Positions 60,624-64,000 of a stretch of 64,000 bases of DNA are shown piece by piece (position 1 is the stretch's first letter; each line of letters starts with the position of its first letter). The position numbers were made by a program, and so were the translations under genes. The DNA lies in contig CAVUDW010000003.1 of the NCBI GenBank assembly GCA_963740355.1, positions 800,001 to 864,000 of the forward strand, given 5' to 3'. Under the pieces are notes generated by a model. The model was not told where the DNA came from. It was given only the letters and a program-made list of their open reading frames with translations, and did no database searches. This DNA is from an uncultured Gemmatimonadaceae bacterium (lineage in GTDB: Bacteria > Gemmatimonadota > Gemmatimonadetes > Gemmatimonadales > Gemmatimonadaceae).

Positions 60624-62636
60624 ATGGCATCACGAGCAGAAAGTCGTCGCGCGGCCCCCGCCCTGCGGACGGCGCTGCCGCTCGGCATGGCGCTCCCCGT
60701 GCTCCTGGCGCTCGGCGCCTGCACTCCGTCCACGGCCGCACGCGGTGGCCTGTCTCCATCCGCGATGTCTGGTGCGGCACCCTCGCCTGATCCGCGCGTT
60801 GGCCTGAGGGCTGGCCTGCACGACGCCGCCGAGGCCACCTGGAACGTGCGCGTGGTCTCCCGCACGCAGCCGCAGGGCAAGTTCATCGGCTCGACGAATT
60901 CGGATCTCGCGTTCAATGGCAACTACGCGATTCAGGGCAGCTACAACGGCTACCAGGTCTGGGATATCTCCAACCCCGCGAAGCCGACGCTCGCCATCGG
61001 GTACTACTGCCCGGCCTCGCAGAGCGACGTCTCGACGTACCGGAACCTGTTGTTCGTGTCGGGTGAGGGTAACACCGGCCGACTGGACTGCAGTGATGTC
61101 GGCGTCCGCGATACGGTGAGCAAGGATCGCCTGCGCGGCATTCGCATCTTCGACATCACCGACATGAAGGCCCCGAAGTATGTGGGCAACGTGCAGACCT
61201 GCCGCGGTTCGCACACGCACACGGTGCTCGAGGATCCGAAGGACAAGGAAAACATCTACATCTACGTCTCGGGCTCGGCCGGCGTGCGCTCGCCGAACGA
61301 GTTACCTGGTTGCGTGCATGAGGCGCCTGGCGCCAACCCGAACTCGGCACTCTTCCGCATCGAAGTGATCAAGGTGCCTCTCGCGCACCCTGAGCAGGCT
61401 GCGATCGTGAGTTCGCCGCGCATCTTCAACGACCTCACGGCGCCGATCGTGCACGCCGAAGCGCGTGAAGACATCGAGGCAGCGAAGAAGGAAGCGGCTG
61501 ACGCGCGTGCGAAGGGCATGTTCACCGTGTACCTGTTCGGGCAGGAGCGTGTGCTCCCGCCGCAGTTCTCGAAGCCGATGCTCGACAGTGTGACGGCCTC
61601 GCACGGCCGCACCGTGGCCACCAAGGCTGACAGCGCTGAATTGCAGGCTGCGTTGCCAGCCATGATGGCGAAGCGTTTCGGCGAGGGGGATTCTGGTCCG
61701 GGCCCGAAGCCAGGCCCAACGCAGTGCCACGACATCACGGTCTATCCAGCCATCGGCCTCGCTGGTGGTGCGTGTGAGGGCTACGGCCTGTTGCTCGACA
61801 TCAGCAACCCCACCGGACCGTCACGCATCGGCGCCGTGGCCGACTCGAACTTCTCGTACTGGCACTCGGCCACCTTCAACAACGACGGCACCAAGGTGCT
61901 GTTCAGCGATGAGTGGGGCGGTGGTGGCCAGGCCAAGTGCCGCGCGTCGGATCGCAAGGAATGGGGTGCCGACGCCATCTTCACGCTCGTGAACGGCAAG
62001 ATGCAGTTCCAGAGCTATTACAAGATGATGGCGCCACAGACGGTCAACGAAAATTGCGTGGCACACAATGGCTCGCTGATCCCGATCCCGGGTCGTGACG
62101 TCATGGTGCAGTCGTGGTATCAGGGCGGCATCTCGATCTTCGACTGGACCGATCCCAGGAACGCACACGAGATTGCCTACTTCGATCGGGGCCCGGTTGA
62201 CTCGACGCGCATGGGCAACGGCGGCACCTGGTCGGTGTACTGGTACAACGGTGTGATGGTGAGCTCGGAAATCGCACGCGGGCTCGACATCCTCGAGCTG
62301 ACACCGAGCGCACACATCTCGCAGAACGAGATCGACGCAGCGAAGACGGTGAAGTTCACCCACCTCAACGCGCAGGGTCAGCCGAAGCTGGTCTGGCCGC
62401 CGAGTTTCGCGCTGGCACGGGCGTACGTCGACCAGCTGGAACGCTCGAAGGGCCTCACGGACGCGCGGATCTCCGCCGTCCGCAAGGCGCTCGAGAGCGC
62501 CGAGAAGGCAGACGGTGCCGCCCGCACCAACGCCCTCGGCCTCCTCGCCGCCCAACTCGGCAGCGACGCCACCAGCTCGTCTGACGCCAACAAGGTCCGC
62601 ATGCTGGCGACGGCGGTGACCGACCTGGCGAAGTAG
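60624..62636 (+). CDS. LVIVD-repeat beta-propeller lipoprotein, paralog 2
   Basis: Lipobox LGAC; colinear with and highly similar to 58480-60468. Confidence 0.85.
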   Translation: MASRAESRRAAPALRTALPLGMALPVLLALGACTPSTAARGGLSPSAMSGAAPSPDPRVGLRAGLHDAAEATWNVRVVSRTQPQGKFIGSTNSDLAFNGNYAIQGSYNGYQVWDISNPAKPTLAIGYYCPASQSDVSTYRNLLFVSGEGNTGRLDCSDVGVRDTVSKDRLRGIRIFDITDMKAPKYVGNVQTCRGSHTHTVLEDPKDKENIYIYVSGSAGVRSPNELPGCVHEAPGANPNSALFRIEVIKVPLAHPEQAAIVSSPRIFNDLTAPIVHAEAREDIEAAKKEAADARAKGMFTVYLFGQERVLPPQFSKPMLDSVTASHGRTVATKADSAELQAALPAMMAKRFGEGDSGPGPKPGPTQCHDITVYPAIGLAGGACEGYGLLLDISNPTGPSRIGAVADSNFSYWHSATFNNDGTKVLFSDEWGGGGQAKCRASDRKEWGADAIFTLVNGKMQFQSYYKMMAPQTVNENCVAHNGSLIPIPGRDVMVQSWYQGGISIFDWTDPRNAHEIAYFDRGPVDSTRMGNGGTWSVYWYNGVMVSSEIARGLDILELTPSAHISQNEIDAAKTVKFTHLNAQGQPKLVWPPSFALARAYVDQLERSKGLTDARISAVRKALESAEKADGAARTNALGLLAAQLGSDATSSSDANKVRMLATAVTDLAK

Positions 62637-62654
62637 TTCTTCTTCGCGGTAGGC

Positions 62655-62695
62655 AAACAGCGCGGCTGACAGATCATTGTCAGCCGCGCTGTTTT
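62655..62695 (+). terminator. Rho-independent terminator
   Basis: AAACAGCGCGGCTGACA-GATCAT-TGTCAGCCGCGCTGTTTT just after the LVIVD stop codon. Confidence 0.8.
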
Positions 62696-62744
62696 GCTTC
62701 TTCTAAGGACTAATCGAACGCCAACCCCAATCGCAACAGCAACT

Positions 62745-62931
62745 GCGAAACGCAGAGACTCAAAGGCGCAGAGGGCACTCTCGAAGCGCCAGCGAATACA
62801 GCGCGCAATCACCGCAGACTATTGAGAACCAACAGAGCGGGCGCCTTTCCCAAATAAGGTGTGGTTGGATGGTCTACCGATGCTGGTCCGCGGTGTAGAA
62901 CACTCTGCGTCTCCGCGCCTTTGCGTTTCGC
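62745..62931. repeat. Fold-back intergenic element, family A
   Basis: GCGAAACGCAGAGACTCAAAGGCGCAGAG...CTCTGCGTCTCCGCGCCTTTGCGTTTCGC, the same 9-bp unit scheme as 24690-24887. Confidence 0.8.
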
Positions 62932-62940
62932 CGTGGCCCT

Positions 62941-63534
62941 TCAGACGTTGCCGACCTTCCCTCCGACCGACGCCCACAGCGCGCGTTCGACCATCACCGG
63001 TGTCCACGAGGCGCCGAGTGCTGAGGCGCGGGTGCGGAGCTGATCGGCGTACTTGGCGTAGTAGCCGAGTGTCCACTTGACCGGGCCGAGATCGGGAACC
63101 TGCGCGGCCACGAGCTCGTCAAAGAATGGATAGACGGTCGGCATCAGCGCTGCGACGACCGCGGAGGCCGTGGCAGGCCCGACACCATCGAGCTTGGCGA
63201 TCTCGCCGATCGGTTGCGTCGGATGCGGACAGCGCGAGAGGCCGCGCACGGTCGTCTCGATCACGTCATCGGGCGGATTGTTCTTGACGCGCACCAGGTT
63301 CGGAGCGCGCCACACGCCGCGATACATCTTCCACTCCGTGACCCGGATCAGGTCAGGCAGCGTGATGTGCACGAGGCGCTGCGTCGTGAACGTGGCGGGA
63401 AACTCTTCACGGTACCAGGTGTCCAGCGCGGGCAGCTTCGGCACGCCCTGCCGCGCGATGACGTCGGGATACGCGTCGAGCGCCTCCTGCCAGGTCGCAG
63501 TTGCACTCGCGCCCCAGAGATCGCGTGTCGTCAC
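62941..63534 (-). CDS. Helix-hairpin-helix (DNA glycosylase-like) protein
   Basis: LDTWY, EWKMYRGVWR, LDGVGPATASA (HhH), YPFFDE, VERALW. Confidence 0.75.
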   Translation of the reverse strand: MTTRDLWGASATATWQEALDAYPDVIARQGVPKLPALDTWYREEFPATFTTQRLVHITLPDLIRVTEWKMYRGVWRAPNLVRVKNNPPDDVIETTVRGLSRCPHPTQPIGEIAKLDGVGPATASAVVAALMPTVYPFFDELVAAQVPDLGPVKWTLGYYAKYADQLRTRASALGASWTPVMVERALWASVGGKVGNV

Positions 63535-63571
63535 GCGGTCTCCAGGGCGGTGAGTGCGGCGGAGGGTGCCA

Positions 63572-64000
63572 TCACGGAACTGCGGTGCACCCCTCGGCCT
63601 TCGCGCAGTTCGGATCCAGCGGCGGCAGGTGCAGGCGCGCCAGTTCCTTGTTCACCGCCACCAGGTCGGTGGCCCAGATCTGCGACAGGCGCGTGGTATA
63701 GCGACCCAATTCCGTCGACAGGATACCGAAGATCTCCGGCATGTTGGTCGTCGGGCGACCATCACCACGCTCGGCCATCGAGAGCAGCGTGGCAAGGCGG
63801 TTGTTGACGCGGATCGGGAAGTTGAGCGGATCCTGACCGCTCTGGTTCCGCACCTGGTACGTGCTGTCCTCCACCACACTGGCGTTCGCGACCAGCGTAC
63901 TGCCGGTGGCCTTGAGCGCCGCATCGTCGGCCGCCTTCTTCTGGCGATCGGCGAGCTGCGCCTTCACGCGACGGATCGCGATCACGGCGTTGTTGGCTTC
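63572..64000 (-). CDS. C-terminus of a large BNR/VPS10-type glycosyl hydrolase-like protein (runs off the window end)
   Basis: YQVRNQSGQDPLNFPIRVNNRL..GDGRPT helical tail typical of this family; frame open to the window edge. Confidence 0.7.
   Translation of the reverse strand, partial: EANNAVIAIRRVKAQLADRQKKAADDAALKATGSTLVANASVVEDSTYQVRNQSGQDPLNFPIRVNNRLATLLSMAERGDGRPTTNMPEIFGILSTELGRYTTRLSQIWATDLVAVNKELARLHLPPLDPNCAKAEGCTAVP

Noticed and set aside
58480..62636. Tandem LVIVD genes as an assembly duplication
   Set aside because: Different signal peptides and many synonymous and amino-acid differences show they are true paralogs.

Overview
High-GC bacterial chromosomal window. Gene style (SusC/SusD pair, duplicated-permease ABC system, PEP-CTERM protein, many secreted peptidases) suggests Gemmatimonadota; this is inference, as no marker gene is present. 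It holds about 45 CDS dominated by secreted or periplasmic hydrolases and peptidases, two c-di-GMP enzymes, icd, rsmD and a second-copy uppS operon. No rRNA, tRNA, CRISPR array, integrase or transposase was seen. Highlights: (1) a BlaI repressor / M56 protease-HEAT sensor / HEAT lipoprotein / MacAB-like exporter cluster (45557-54410) whose two HEAT proteins end in almost the same Pro/Arg/Trp tail and whose operator palindrome is readable in four copies; (2) six intergenic fold-back elements of 170-290 bp in three families; (3) a mosaic patch at about 39.4-45.8 kb with an Arr rifampin ADP-ribosyltransferase, attC-like hairpins and three orphan gene 3' ends, one a synonymously diverged copy of the neighbouring ABC ATPase; (4) an operator repeated over the start codon of the uppS paralog; (5) a possible structured leader RNA before a diguanylate cyclase; (6) DUF305 plus tandem His/Cys-rich LVIVD propellers; (7) a homolog of the eukaryotic Amun-type HhH family. 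Three single-base frameshifts may be sequencing errors. All family assignments come from motif recognition by eye, not database searches.
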